Shown here: positions 36,904 through 48,317 of the stretch, one piece after another
Numbering within the stretch: the first letter of the stretch is position 1
Layout of the letters: the number at the start of each line of letters is the position of its first letter
Assembly: GCA_002633005.1 (NCBI GenBank)
Contig: NMRA01000178.1
Coordinates: 348,062 to 412,061 of the forward strand
Length of the DNA: 64,000 nt
DNA from: Phoronis australis
Lineage: Eukaryota > Animalia > Phoronida
Reading direction: 5' to 3'
The notes under the pieces: model-generated
The model's database searches: none
Told to the model about the DNA's origin: nothing
What the model saw: the letters and a program-made list of their open reading frames with translations, nothing else
Program-made: the position numbers and the translations under genes

Positions 36904-37729
36904 TACTATAACCACTGTAGTCGTCAAATAATCTTAAGCACGTGGAGCCTGTTTACACACATAGGTATTTGGTGAACGCCTGTAGATGTGATATTGTTCA
37001 GCCGAGGGAACTGTTTCACTAAATGTGTGAGTTTAGGTATACAGAAGGTCCACGAGTACACACAATGTACACTTAGCTTTCACTGCGCATTCATTGGAAT
37101 TTTTGAAGATTCTTTCCTCGCCAATGTAGAGCGAGAAGCCTATAAAAAGTCTAAACGAAGACTTGCGACAACGACAACTGAAGTCGCAAGTTTAAGCGTA
37201 CAGTGCAAGTCTCTCCTTGATCTCTGTACAAACGACACCCCTTGGTTTCTAACCAAGGAATATTAAATGGATACGAAACCGGTTTTGGCCTATTAATAGA
37301 CATTAAATACGACTTTGGCTGCAACCCTCGACAACCCTCAAAAGTTTGGAGGAAAATTTGAAAACTCCTTTCGAAGTCTGTTAACACGGGCAAGCGTGAC
37401 CTGCGTTTTTAGCTAATTAAAAGACATCTGTTGGAAAAGAAAACCCACGAAGAACCATCCGAGTATGAGTTTTTAGTTAATTCCTGCATATACCTTGCGA
37501 GATCGACGCCAATGATGCATTAGCAGGTGACAGAACGAGGATTGGTTAAAATTATCAAAACAGGTAGTGTCTTTATAAAGATTGTCAATCACGTCCATTT
37601 CTTATCACAAAATTTTGTGGAAACGGTTGTTGATTACCCCCTTCCCATTTGCAGAGCTTCAAGTGAGATACAGTTTTAAGATTTTCAAAAATATGCTAAG
37701 TTGTCACGAAATAGCCCACGAACACTCCC

Positions 37730-37956
37730 CTGGGTGCGCCCCCATTTAGCGTAGTGGGCAAAAAGGTCCGCCTCAGAGAGACAAAAAGTCCGAAAAAGTA
37801 GAAAACGAAACACAAGTCCACTAAAAACTGAGGCAGGAAATACCAAAGTTCGGCGAATGCACAATTCGTAGCTCTGAACGTACCCCCCATTTTTAGTAAA
37901 AGGTCCGCATTCCCAACACTTCGAGCCCCTCATTTTTTAAGCTGGGTGCGCGCATG
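37730..37956 (+). mobile_element. Left-truncated copy of the CATGCGCGCACCC MITE
   Basis: cccatttagcgtagtgggcaaaaaggtccgcctcagag...gctgggtgcgcgcatg. Confidence 0.8.
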
Positions 37957-40169
37957 AAACAGTAAGGAAAAAAATTCCATGATCTTGCTCTAGTTCGCGA
38001 TGGCTTACTTAATTGACTTGTCCGCTGAGCATTGCTCGCATGTGATACAAGGTGGAGGGGAACGTAGTCTGACGGCCGAAAGCAACAACGTCACCGTTGT
38101 ATTGTGGGTATCATAACAATTGGTCACGTGATATTTGATAGTCGATCATGTTATTAAAAACACGGCATCAAAACACGTATCGTTTACGTTTCCTAAGGTC
38201 ACTAATTAACCGATTTTTTAGGTTTTGGTATGTCGAATGTCTAGACTTATGTTCCGTGACAAGCTAGTAAAACGAAGTCAACCCGAAATAGGCAGGAAAT
38301 AAATAGATTGTAGTCATTGAAAATCTTCAAACAAAAACTTTTAATGAATATTTAGAAGACGACTCTTGTGTCTGGTTCGTGACACGCTCGTACGGTGAAA
38401 TATTCAACAATGTTCAAAATTCTTAGTCAAGTCACTTTATTTTCACACGCAATCCCGCTGACCACAGACATTGATTCAATTTGCACGCACATACATGTAT
38501 ACAGTGTAGGGCATAGGTCTAATGTTGTGCCGTGGAGCAAAGGGAATTCATTAGTCCCTGGTTCTAAGTGTTTCATTATTAATTAACACACTAAATATTA
38601 CTGCTTCACAAAATGCCACGAACAGACGCCGCTTTTGTACAAAAACCTTCCAGGATCTTACGATATGTATAGAACTCAGTGACTTACCAAACCAAACTAC
38701 ATCCAAACGCTTGCTAATAAAAAATAAAGTACATCCAACTACAATAAATGAGAGCAACCGTAGGTCATTGAACCCAGGATCAAGATTGCAGATGACTATC
38801 TTATCATTGGCTTACTGCAAACTGCAAACTATAGAAAGCAGCAGACGACAGGAATTACCACTTATCCTTGTGTAACACGGTTGATGAAGAAGTGATAGGA
38901 TGAAATTGTAACTCTAATCTTCTTTTAAAAAAAACATTCCCGGGAAAATACCGCCACCATTTGTTGGTCTCCTTGGACATCAACTCGTGGGTTAATCAAG
39001 AATCAGATAATTTGATTGTTGCCCTACAGTCTGGGACTGAGAAGGTTTTCACCCACCCAGTCATTCTGACAACACTTTCAAACAAAAGGTCTTCGTCTAA
39101 CATTCCGATCGACAACATTTACTATAGTTTACGTAGTGTATTCATTTGGGGATTTTAGTTAGAACACAAACCGTTTGTAAACCAGCCATTTTGCAGAATA
39201 AACGTGCCAACTTTCCACTGAGAATTTACACCCACATTTAACGCTTCAAGTTTTGCAAAACACTTTTTACTTTATATCCACGTACATGTTGTCCTAAGTT
39301 ACCATAACGCCTACATCGAAATTCAGGTGCAAGCGTCAAATGTGCCAAATGACGTTAAACCGGCTCCGTTACTGGGATTTTGAAGTATAGTTTCAAGTTA
39401 TGACGGAGAAGGTTTAATTAATCGAAAAAATACTAGGAATTGATTAAAAATTCCTACAAAAAACACCCAGTTAAAGATAAGTGTCGAAAACAGTGGGAAA
39501 TGTGCTCATCGGAAAGAAAAGTGAGATTATAAAATCAGCCTCAGTCAGAACGGATCTTAACCTGGAGCCCCCACGGTCGCCTCCTGGCGGAGTCAAACCA
39601 CACTCGATAAATGGAAGAATATATTAAGGGTATTTGACTGGTGGAGTCACTCGCCTTGATTTCAGCAAATGTCTGGCAGACAACGTCAAGAATCGACGAT
39701 TGTCAACAAATCACAATACACAACGGATTCTTACAATTACGTTTAAAGCCAATAAGTTCAAGACCTCTACCCTATACACACGTTATTGTTGATAGCAGTT
39801 CGTGAATCACCAGCTACGAAGGCGCCACTGGTCATGCAAAGTATTATGGGCAAGATTGTGGAGGATTTAGTTATGAGAATGGCCTTTTTAACGGAGTTTT
39901 TAAGCCGTAAAACCGATAACGTCTCTTTGAACACTTGGACACAAACATTTTTAAACGTACAATTTCGAATACAGATCCAGTGGTCTGAATACTCACTTCT
40001 GTACGGTATATTTACAATTTCTGTGCAAAACAACGAACTAACGCTATTACAAAGAGGAGAGATCGTATGGAACACGCACAGGCCTAATTCACAATTCAAT
40101 CTGGGAGAATTTAAAACGATAAATGAATGGTCATTGTACACCCTGTCACATTTCAAGAAATCTTTTTCA

Positions 40170-41231
40170 TTAAAGGACGGTTTCCTCGTGACTTTTGAGC
40201 TTAATGAATTTGCCATGTTCCGTGCTATCGTCGCACTCCCTGTCACGAATCCTCCAAAAAAGCGCCACAAATGTCTTTCTGAAGGCCTTACTCATAGAGC
40301 AGTATAATATAAAGTTAATACTGTTGTTAGTTAAGGCGAGCATGTCCATAAGGTCCCCTAAAGGCTCATAGACCTCTTTGAAGAAGTTGTCTTTTAGTCC
40401 GCACATAACGGTCAGAATCCCTTGTGGAAACTCAGTTATTAAAAACAAAATAATTACAACCAGCAACATCCGGGTGGTGCGAGAATGTTCTCGCATTCTC
40501 TGACGGAATGCACTCATCTTTTGGGATGTTCCGTTTTTCAGTCGTCTGCTCCGTCGTTGAACTTTGTGAATTGATACAATGAGCAGACTACCAAATATCA
40601 ACATGAGAACACAAGGGACCAATTTGATTAAAATGGCGTGTATCCAAAAGTTTGCCATCGTCAACCCGTCCATCCGCGTTATGTCAGAAGCGTCATAATA
40701 GACAGTTCTGTTTATAGCATCTTTGACTGGAACAATTTCATTTATCATGTAATTTGGAACTAGTAAAATCACCACGTACGCGTACACCAGGCAGACGACC
40801 AACAGAGCACGAGAAGTATCACAAATCTTGGGATGGCTTTTGCCGAATTTTACGAAGACGAAACGAAAGACCGATAAAGCCACACCCAACCATATTGACA
40901 CTGTGTGCGTTGTGACGGTGAAGTTTGAGTGAAACATGTTGAACGTCATCCACCCAAGCGTGTTGCGAGCAGGCGAAGGTTTATTGGGGAAAAACACGTA
41001 GAAGTGCAACGCAAATGGAACATATGAAACCATAGTGAGGCAGTCAGACAAGGCCAGTCCGGTTAAAATGACGTTGGTCGGAGTCCGCATGCTCTTCCTC
41101 GTTAAGACCGCGATGTTGAAGATATTGGTAGTTATTCCAAATGTGCAAACGAATAAGCTCAGAAATCCATGCACGGATCCGAAACCTTTGGAAAACGTGT
41201 CCAATGCGGAGAGGTTGCTGCTGGAATTCAT
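40170..41231 (-). CDS. Class A (rhodopsin-like) neuropeptide GPCR, FMRFamide-receptor-like clade, myosuppressin/myomodulin (dmsr-like) type; intronless CDS
   Basis: 353-aa ORF with seven hydrophobic segments. Motifs: GITTNIFNIAVLTRKSMRTPTN.IL..LA.SD (TM1-2), HTVSIWL..ALSVFRF (TM3, DRY replaced), TTRMLL...LFLITEFPQG (TM6), NNSINFILYCSMS..FR (TM7/H8). N-terminal N-glycosylation sequons. Confidence 0.95.
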   Translation of the reverse strand: MNSSSNLSALDTFSKGFGSVHGFLSLFVCTFGITTNIFNIAVLTRKSMRTPTNVILTGLALSDCLTMVSYVPFALHFYVFFPNKPSPARNTLGWMTFNMFHSNFTVTTHTVSIWLGVALSVFRFVFVKFGKSHPKICDTSRALLVVCLVYAYVVILLVPNYMINEIVPVKDAINRTVYYDASDITRMDGLTMANFWIHAILIKLVPCVLMLIFGSLLIVSIHKVQRRSRRLKNGTSQKMSAFRQRMREHSRTTRMLLVVIILFLITEFPQGILTVMCGLKDNFFKEVYEPLGDLMDMLALTNNSINFILYCSMSKAFRKTFVALFWRIRDRECDDSTEHGKFIKLKSHEETVL

Positions 41232-41526
41232 TGTATTGCTTTGTCTGTAAAATTCCTAACAGGTATCGAATGGAGATTTAAGTTGCTTGGTTGACGCACA
41301 TCAACAAATGCACAAGCCCACTCGCACAACTCGGACGCTAATGTTTGAATGGTGTAGCGCTTTCACAACTATGTACTACTCCTGAACCACTGTGACGTCA
41401 TCACGACGGAGTCCTTCGTCAGACAACCTTAGCATCGATTTTGTCTCGATCAATTGTAAAACTGCGTTGACACTTTACAATTTCCTCTGTTGACAAATTC
41501 CACGAGGTTTGTACTTCCGTAGGCTT

Positions 41527-41545
41527 CTGCAATAAAAGAAACAGG
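41527..41545 (-). other. Splice acceptor for the GPCR coding exon (5' UTR intron)
   Basis: Minus strand cctgtttcttttattgcag|aagcc, 295 nt upstream of the ATG. The upstream non-coding exon was not identified. Confidence 0.55.
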
Positions 41546-41740
41546 ATTTCTAAATACTTAAGAACTTGCCACAAACAGCGCAAAACACTTGAACGGCATA
41601 GCCATTACTTTCAAAGAAAAAACATGTTTATCTGGGCGTCATATTTGGTCGCAGCCCCACCTTGTCAATATCAGAATCTCCTCACTTCGCCCACCCATAC
41701 TTTTTATTTAAAACTCGAGAAATACTAGACAAACGTGACA

Positions 41741-43026
41741 TTTTTATGCGCCCACATATTTATATGTGGACGCATTACGCCGTCATTTCCGTCCGGCGTC
41801 CGGCGTCCGCTGCTCTATCTCCAAACCCTTTGACATACATTCATGAAATTTTGCGCAAATGTTCCTTCAATGGATGGGACGGCATGAGCGAAGTTTCGGA
41901 CGGATCCGATGACTGGTGTGCCCCCTAGTGGCAATTTTAGTTCTTTAAGCCTATTTCTATTTCTTCAAAGGTCCTCAACGTATTTTCATAAAATTTGGCA
42001 TATAGGCATCTATTAGTGAGATGACACGATCCTCCCGTTTTCGGACAGATTCGACGTAGTTTGCGCCACCTAGTGGCCAGTTTTGTTGTTTTCGAGTCTG
42101 TTTTTTGGCGTCCACCCCTCTATCCACCAAACCGCTCAAAGGATGATTGTGAAAATTGGCATGTATGTGCTTACTATAAAGAGGACGGTTGACGTTGATT
42201 TTCCGATGATTTTGACTACTGTGGCGCCTCCTAGTGGCAGTTTTGTTTTTTGCGCATACGGCTGTATCTCCTAAACCATTTGCAGGATCTTTGCGAAATA
42301 TTTATATGATGTTAACAACGGACGACGACGACTTTCGGACGGATCCGACTACAGGTGTGCCCCCTAGTGGCAGTTTTATTTTTTTTAGTTTACCTCTCTG
42401 TCTTCAAAAGTCCTTAACGGATTCTCCCTTTTTCGGATGGAGTCGACGTAGTTTGCACCACCTAGTGGCCATTTTTACTGTTTTCGTGTCTGTTTTTTGC
42501 GTCCACCCCTCTATCAACCATTCAAACCGCTCAAAGGATGATTGTGAAAATTGGCATGTGTGTGCTTACTGTAAAGAGGACGGTTGACGATAACTTTCCG
42601 ACGATTTGGACTACTGTGGCGCCTCCTACTGGCAGTTTTGTTTTTTTGCGCCTATGGCTGTATCTCCTAAACCGTTCGCAAGATCCGATTTACTTAATTT
42701 AGCAAGTGTATTTATATGATGTTGACTACGGATGACGACGACTTTCGGATAGATCTGACTACTGCTGTGCCCCCTGGTGGCAATTTTAGTTTTTTACGTT
42801 TAACTCTGTATCTTCAAAAGTCCTCAACAGATTTTCATAAAATTTTAATAATAGGCATCTATTGATGTGATGACGCTATCTTCCTGTTTTTGGATGGAGT
42901 CAAGGTATTTTGCACCATCTAGTGGCCATTTTTGCTGTTTTCAAATCTTGTTTTTGGCGTCCACCCTTGTATCAACCAAAAATTGGCATATATGTTCTCA
43001 GTGTGAAGACGACCTTTGATGATGGT
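41741..43026 (+). mobile_element. Helentron/DINE-1-like non-autonomous element with ~140-bp tandem core repeats
   Basis: Head of T-run + inverted repeat (atgcgcccaca...tgtggacgcat) + (cgtccgg)n microsatellite. Repeated units then each end in gYgccNcctagtggc, arranged A-B-C-A-B-C-A-B. Cut by the N at 43027. Confidence 0.75.
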
Positions 43027-44674
43027 NCAAAGCTGATGATCATTATCATCATTGCCAAACTCGAGTTTCAAAAAAGACATCACCAAATTTTGAGGAGTTA
43101 CATAACATATCAATCGGATGTAAAATCTCAATCTTTTGTGTGATTTTCATATTTAGACCTTTTAGGAAGGAAATGCCTTCTAAACGTTCGAACCTACTGA
43201 ATAAATCAAATTCATTTTATTTCAAACTTATCACACTGCAGGAAACCTCTCACGGGTCACGTGGCTTTCACATGCCCAAAAGGTGATTTAAGTTACGGTT
43301 TGCGTAAGAACTCATCTACAGTGCCTGATTAAGGTTCATTTCCTCCTCGCATAGCTGGGCCACGGTCACCCATGTGAGTTGTGGCGGTAAGAAGGTCTGC
43401 TCGTCCACGGACAACCCTGTCCATGAGGTGATCAGCGAACCACAACAACACTTTGTTGATACATTCTTGGACTATGTACACACGCGACAGCACTGTTCAT
43501 CCAACCTGTTCGGAACCTGCCTCAGTATTATTATGTCGCCCAGTTGGCCGTTATGTGCACTATAGCCCAATTGGCAGTTATTTTGTGTACCCATCTAGTG
43601 CTTCAAGTTATAATTATTTGCCTTTTTCTCTAACCCAGCTGGTAGGCAATTGACCAATAACCATCTGCTGTCGTGTAAACATTTGGTAATCACTAGCAAC
43701 GCACGTATTCGTTTTGTCGTACTTACGTAGCATTTAAATGTTTACTGCTGTTTCAGTACCCTGTACCCAACAGTTACGTACTACCACGCATGTATGTAAA
43801 GTTGTGACCCAGAAATTGTCAACACACCTCATAAAAAACGTTCATCAAACCACTCTCGTGCTGTGTTATTGGTACCCAATAATGGGGCCCCCCTGTCGCC
43901 GCAACTGCTTACCTATACCTCCTGGACACCGCTTTGTGTAAATGGCCGAAGTGCGCGACCCAGTTTCTATCGTATGTCTTAATTGTTTTCTCGGTGTCCT
44001 AAGGAAGATCTCACCTCCTGATATTAGTAACTTAAAATTTCGATTGACTGAGACACAGAAGACAACAGAATTGGAAAGCAATTTCCGTGCTGCACAAAAA
44101 CATTGGTTAACGCTTCACGTCCACTGGCAGTAGTTTTACTGCTTCCGTGGGACGTTAATCTCGCAGATTTCAAACAGAATCAAATCATACAATATGCATC
44201 TGAGTGCTGTTTGAGATAAACGAACCAATTCAATGACTTTGTCAATTGAATCTTAGATTAACTAAAATAGTTGTCTACAAAACACAGACATGCAAAAAGT
44301 ACATGCTATTGACGTGCTTGGAATGTTTTTTGGATTAACCCTATGACCGTAGAGTCTATAAACAGGAGTTTGATATATGTTTAACCACTACAAAATGAAA
44401 TGTCTGTACCATATGATACCAACAAAACCAACTAAAATCATATTTTCTGACCATTTTCTTTTCACACAACTACCATTTTTCAATGTTACATGTACGTTTA
44501 TTAAAAAGACAAGAGCCAAGATTATTTTTGATAGACACTTTGCAATATTAAAATTACCGTTGCTAATAATTTCATGGAGTCGAAACTCCCCAAAATAATC
44601 CTCTAAAACATAGTTTTTGGCCGCATACCCGATTTTGTCCTTTTGAACGATTATGAATTCAGTTCACCATGCAC

Positions 44675-45066
44675 GGGCCGTCCCGGATTACACAGCGACA
44701 CTCGAATCTCGTTGTATTTACCCACAATGCCGTAAACATCCGCCAGGCACATTTGGTGCTTCGCTTTAGTGCCACTGGAGTATCAGTCATATTATTTGCT
44801 GTTGTCTATTTTTTCTCGATTGCATTACTCTATTCGTCCTTTCAATACCAACCGAAATACTACTGCTGTGCTTTGGACAGCTGCACCGACGTGAGAAAGT
44901 TTGATAAACAGGACAAATACACGTGGATGCGTGATCTGAAATTCTTCGCCTTTCCGACATCAGTGAGAGACACGAAAATGTGCCTGAATTTCAAAACATG
45001 GTCACGCGCTTTCTTATCTCCTGTACAAAGGAGAGTTCTATCGCCAAGTGTAATCCGGGACGGCCC
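44675..45066 (+). mobile_element. ~390-bp TIR element retaining a THAP N-terminal stub
   Basis: GGGCCGTCCCGGATTACAC / GTGTAATCCGGGACGGCCC perfect 19-bp TIRs that extend imperfectly. The internal frame KYYCCALDSC...KYTWMRDLKFFAFP resembles a THAP start. Confidence 0.75.
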
Positions 45067-45611
45067 TATTGAAACAGTCAAAAGAATCACACTAGAGCAT
45101 GTCTAAAGAAGTTACGTAGTTCAGCTTTTGAATACCTTGGACGCCATTTTGAAAAACTGTAAAAGTTAATTCCATTAACTCTTGAACAAGCAATGTATTT
45201 ATAAACGAACATCATTTAATTTTAAACAGCAACTTGAAAGTTACACATAAAAATGCATCAAGAAATTTTAATTTTAATTTTAAAATTGAAATAACTAACT
45301 ATGATGATCAAAATCAGAACATGTACACACAATGGCCTGAAACTATCGGATATTTCTAAAACAGACCCACTCACTTGGAAGGTGACAGGCCTACAGTCCA
45401 ACCATTTCCAACCTTAGATCCAAGACACAATCCAACTGTAACTAACTTGCACCAACTGTCAAATGTAAAAGTGAACTGAAAACAAATAAATGAAGCTGGG
45501 CGGGACCTGTTAATGATTGAAATTATGAAAAACAATTATATGCTGTCCGTTACAGGTCGTACCAGATCACTCAGGTGGGCCAATTGCACTGATCACTTGG
45601 AGCCATTTTGA

Positions 45612-45759
45612 TGATTTATTAATACCTACAGTGTATTTGAAACCGAGATGAGGAGCTATAGACTTAACCCAAGGGTCTAGCAGTGTACCCCAGTGGGACT
45701 CATACCAGCTACCTTGAGTAAAGCAAGAGAACACTTATCCCAATACGTCACACTACCTC
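45612..45759 (-). mobile_element. tRNA-derived SINE, degraded second copy
   Basis: Shares tttattaata...aaaccgag.tga.gagcta...caagggtctagcagtgt.cccagtgggact with 13895-14037. Confidence 0.6.
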
Positions 45760-46351
45760 TTCAAATGATCTTTACACTTGGAAAAATAAATATTTTGATC
45801 AACTAGTAATTCTATTTTTTAATTGCACTACGCATCGTCTCCAAGTGACCTGTTTTGTGACACGTGATCCATTCACGTTCTACGGGTTACTAGAAAAACG
45901 AATAACATTCTTTTCTTAAACTGCAACAAACCAACGAAAGATCGCCAAGGCAAGTCCATCGGTAACAGTTGTCAAAGGTGACATTAATTCGAATGTTTTT
46001 CTTGTGAGCCAAAGCAAAGTTCAAGTTAATAAATTGCCGACATTAATGTTTGCCTTGTTCACAGTATCCCACATTTTCTGATTACTTTTTGTTTTTCATT
46101 GATTTCCCGTCTTGAAGAGTGTTTGAGCAATTATACACCAACAATAAAACTGCCTGAACAAAATAAACAAACAGGTGATTTTTATAACTGCCACATTTGC
46201 TTAGATATCTTTGACACAAGAACTAATCACATTATTCCATGATTCCCGCTGTAAAGTCATTTACATTATTTACTCGAGTGATATGACCTGGAGTGATACT
46301 AACAATTCAAACCTTACAACCTTACAAACGATTGTCAATATTTACACTTAA

Positions 46352-46815
46352 AGGGGAATGTTGCCTGCTTGGGAGTTGACTTTGGTCAGTTTGGCATATT
46401 TTACTTAATCTCTTTGTGTTAAAAAACTAATAAAAATAACAAATTCTTCAAGCCAAAAAAAGTTGCGTTGTGCCAGTTATCAAGTTGCACAATGCAAAGA
46501 CTGCGTGTCTGACCAGGTAACCTCGTGGTCGTTTTACTAGTTTTATAACCTGTTTCTAGCATAATTGCACATCCGAAATTATTAATTATAGAGATCTGGG
46601 ACTAAAAATCGGCGAGCGTCTCTAACAATTAAGAGAACGGAGAGCAAGGAACACTAGGACCAGTTGATGTTTTTTAAAACTTGGTTACTGCGTCACTCTT
46701 CCTGGGTAAGGACTAGTTCTATCCGTTTATTTCATTTTTTAAGAAATCGGCTTAAAGATTCAAAATAGGAAATTAATTGTGCCTGATTGACCAAAATGCC
46801 TTAGATTTCACCTCT
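46352..46815. mobile_element. Possible Kolobok-type MITE
   Basis: TTAA at 46348-46351 and 46816-46819 flank AGGGGAA.../...TTCACCTCT; weak subterminal tttggtca inverted similarity. Confidence 0.45.
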
Positions 46816-46830
46816 TTAATGGTCACTAAT

Positions 46831-46986
46831 CAGGGCAGATCCAGGATTTTGAGTTAGGGTAGGGCCAGGGCAGAGTATTAGCCAGGATTTTGCCCCTCAG
46901 ACATTCGCACCCCCGTACAGCCAAATGGAATCTAGAATTTTACGGGGGAGGCATGGCCCCATGCCCCCCTCTTAAATCAGCCACTG
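46831..46986. mobile_element. Short hAT-like MITE
   Basis: cagggcagatccagg...cccccctcttaaatcagccactg ends resemble common CAG(G/T)GGCGGAT-type TIRs. No TSD seen. Confidence 0.45.
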
Positions 46987-47189
46987 GTGCATTTTGATCG
47001 TCCAAAGGCCGATATGTCAGGAATTGGGGTAGATGGCAAACAGTTACTGCCAGTTGTATTACGAAAGGGTGCGACCCAATTAACCGTTGTGTTTATTCAA
47101 TTTACTCCGTTCAAAGAATGTGCTTAAGACCAGTGCTTTTGTCAAAAAAGTTTTGAAATAATAATTTTCACTATTAAGTCAGAAACAGA

Positions 47190-48120
47190 CATTATGATGA
47201 TACAGGAAATTTCCGATTAATAAAATAATATTAGAAAAATTTTGACACATACGGGTCCGACCAGGAGTCTCTACTTGTTACGAAGGTTTAGCAGATCTCG
47301 TTTTAGAATTCAATTCTAAATTTATTGTTTTGTGTGGGAATGGGAATTTGACTTAGGTTTTTAACCTGCACTTTCATTCAAAACGCTAAAAATGAATAGA
47401 GAAATAGTAATGGTGAAGCTTTACTGCTAAACATTCTCTTGATAAAGATTAGACATTTTACTCTGTCAAACAATACTTTCAAAAGCAAAGGAAACAAAAG
47501 CAGCAAATTATATTCAAAAAGGCAATAAACATAGTCAATCACATTCTTTAAAATAGTATTTTAGTTATCATTTTCAGCGATTTGTTACAAACTCTTCAAG
47601 CCGAACAAGAAGAAATCAGAAAGGAATACGTAATGGATCATATCGCTAAACTGATAATAATCAGGAAGGAATCCTGGAGGAAATAAAAAAATCGCCAATC
47701 TTTGTAATTCAAATGGTGATCAGTTTTCTCATTAGATCTGCACTTTTAGGGAAATACCGACTCACCAAAAGTAGAAAATAATGAGAGATTGTTGGAAGGA
47801 ACTGTTACGACGACATTCTACTTGCTCACAAAAATGAAAACAGGAAAACTTCCGGTCCAGATGGCTTTTACGGTAAAGCCTTATAACTTTTTCGGGTCAC
47901 ATTTAGGCGTCTATTTAGTTAATGCTTTTAATTTTTGTATGTTTTTACAGAATACCCTACCCTAGGCAATAAAAGGACGTGATATCCAAATTACTCGCAA
48001 AAAGCAATAAATCTAGGGAATTCTTAAAAAAAATCTTTTTGTTTAGTATAAACTATCAATAAACTTCAACCTGTATTGCTGAACGTGTTAAAACTGTCTT
48101 AAAGCTTTTAGTTTCTCGAA
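47190..48120 (+). mobile_element. Highly degraded L1/Tx1 LINE ORF2 fragment
   Basis: Interrupted translation KMKTGK..GPDGF...YNFFGSHLGVYLVNAFNF...KSNKSREFLK...TCIAERVKTVLKLLVS matches the region leading into L1/Tx1 RT (K.PGPDG, ..A.R.K.VL). Confidence 0.65.
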
Positions 48121-48317
48121 AACATCTGGGATTTCACACGCGCCTATCTAATACTGTTTAATCATGATTTTTACGAGAAATCTCACCTCACTTTACACCC
48201 CAAATATAGTTTAAAACTGTTTAATCCTTACAAACCAGATAATTGGGATTGGTAAACAAAACAACAGATCATGGATCAATTTTGGGAGAAGAAATGATGT
48301 TTTTACAGTAAACTTTC

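Noticed and set aside
39767-40307. 167-aa and 173-aa ORFs overlapping the GPCR 3' end
   Set aside because: Alternative-frame and antisense shadows over the CDS end and 3' UTR; no recognisable motifs.
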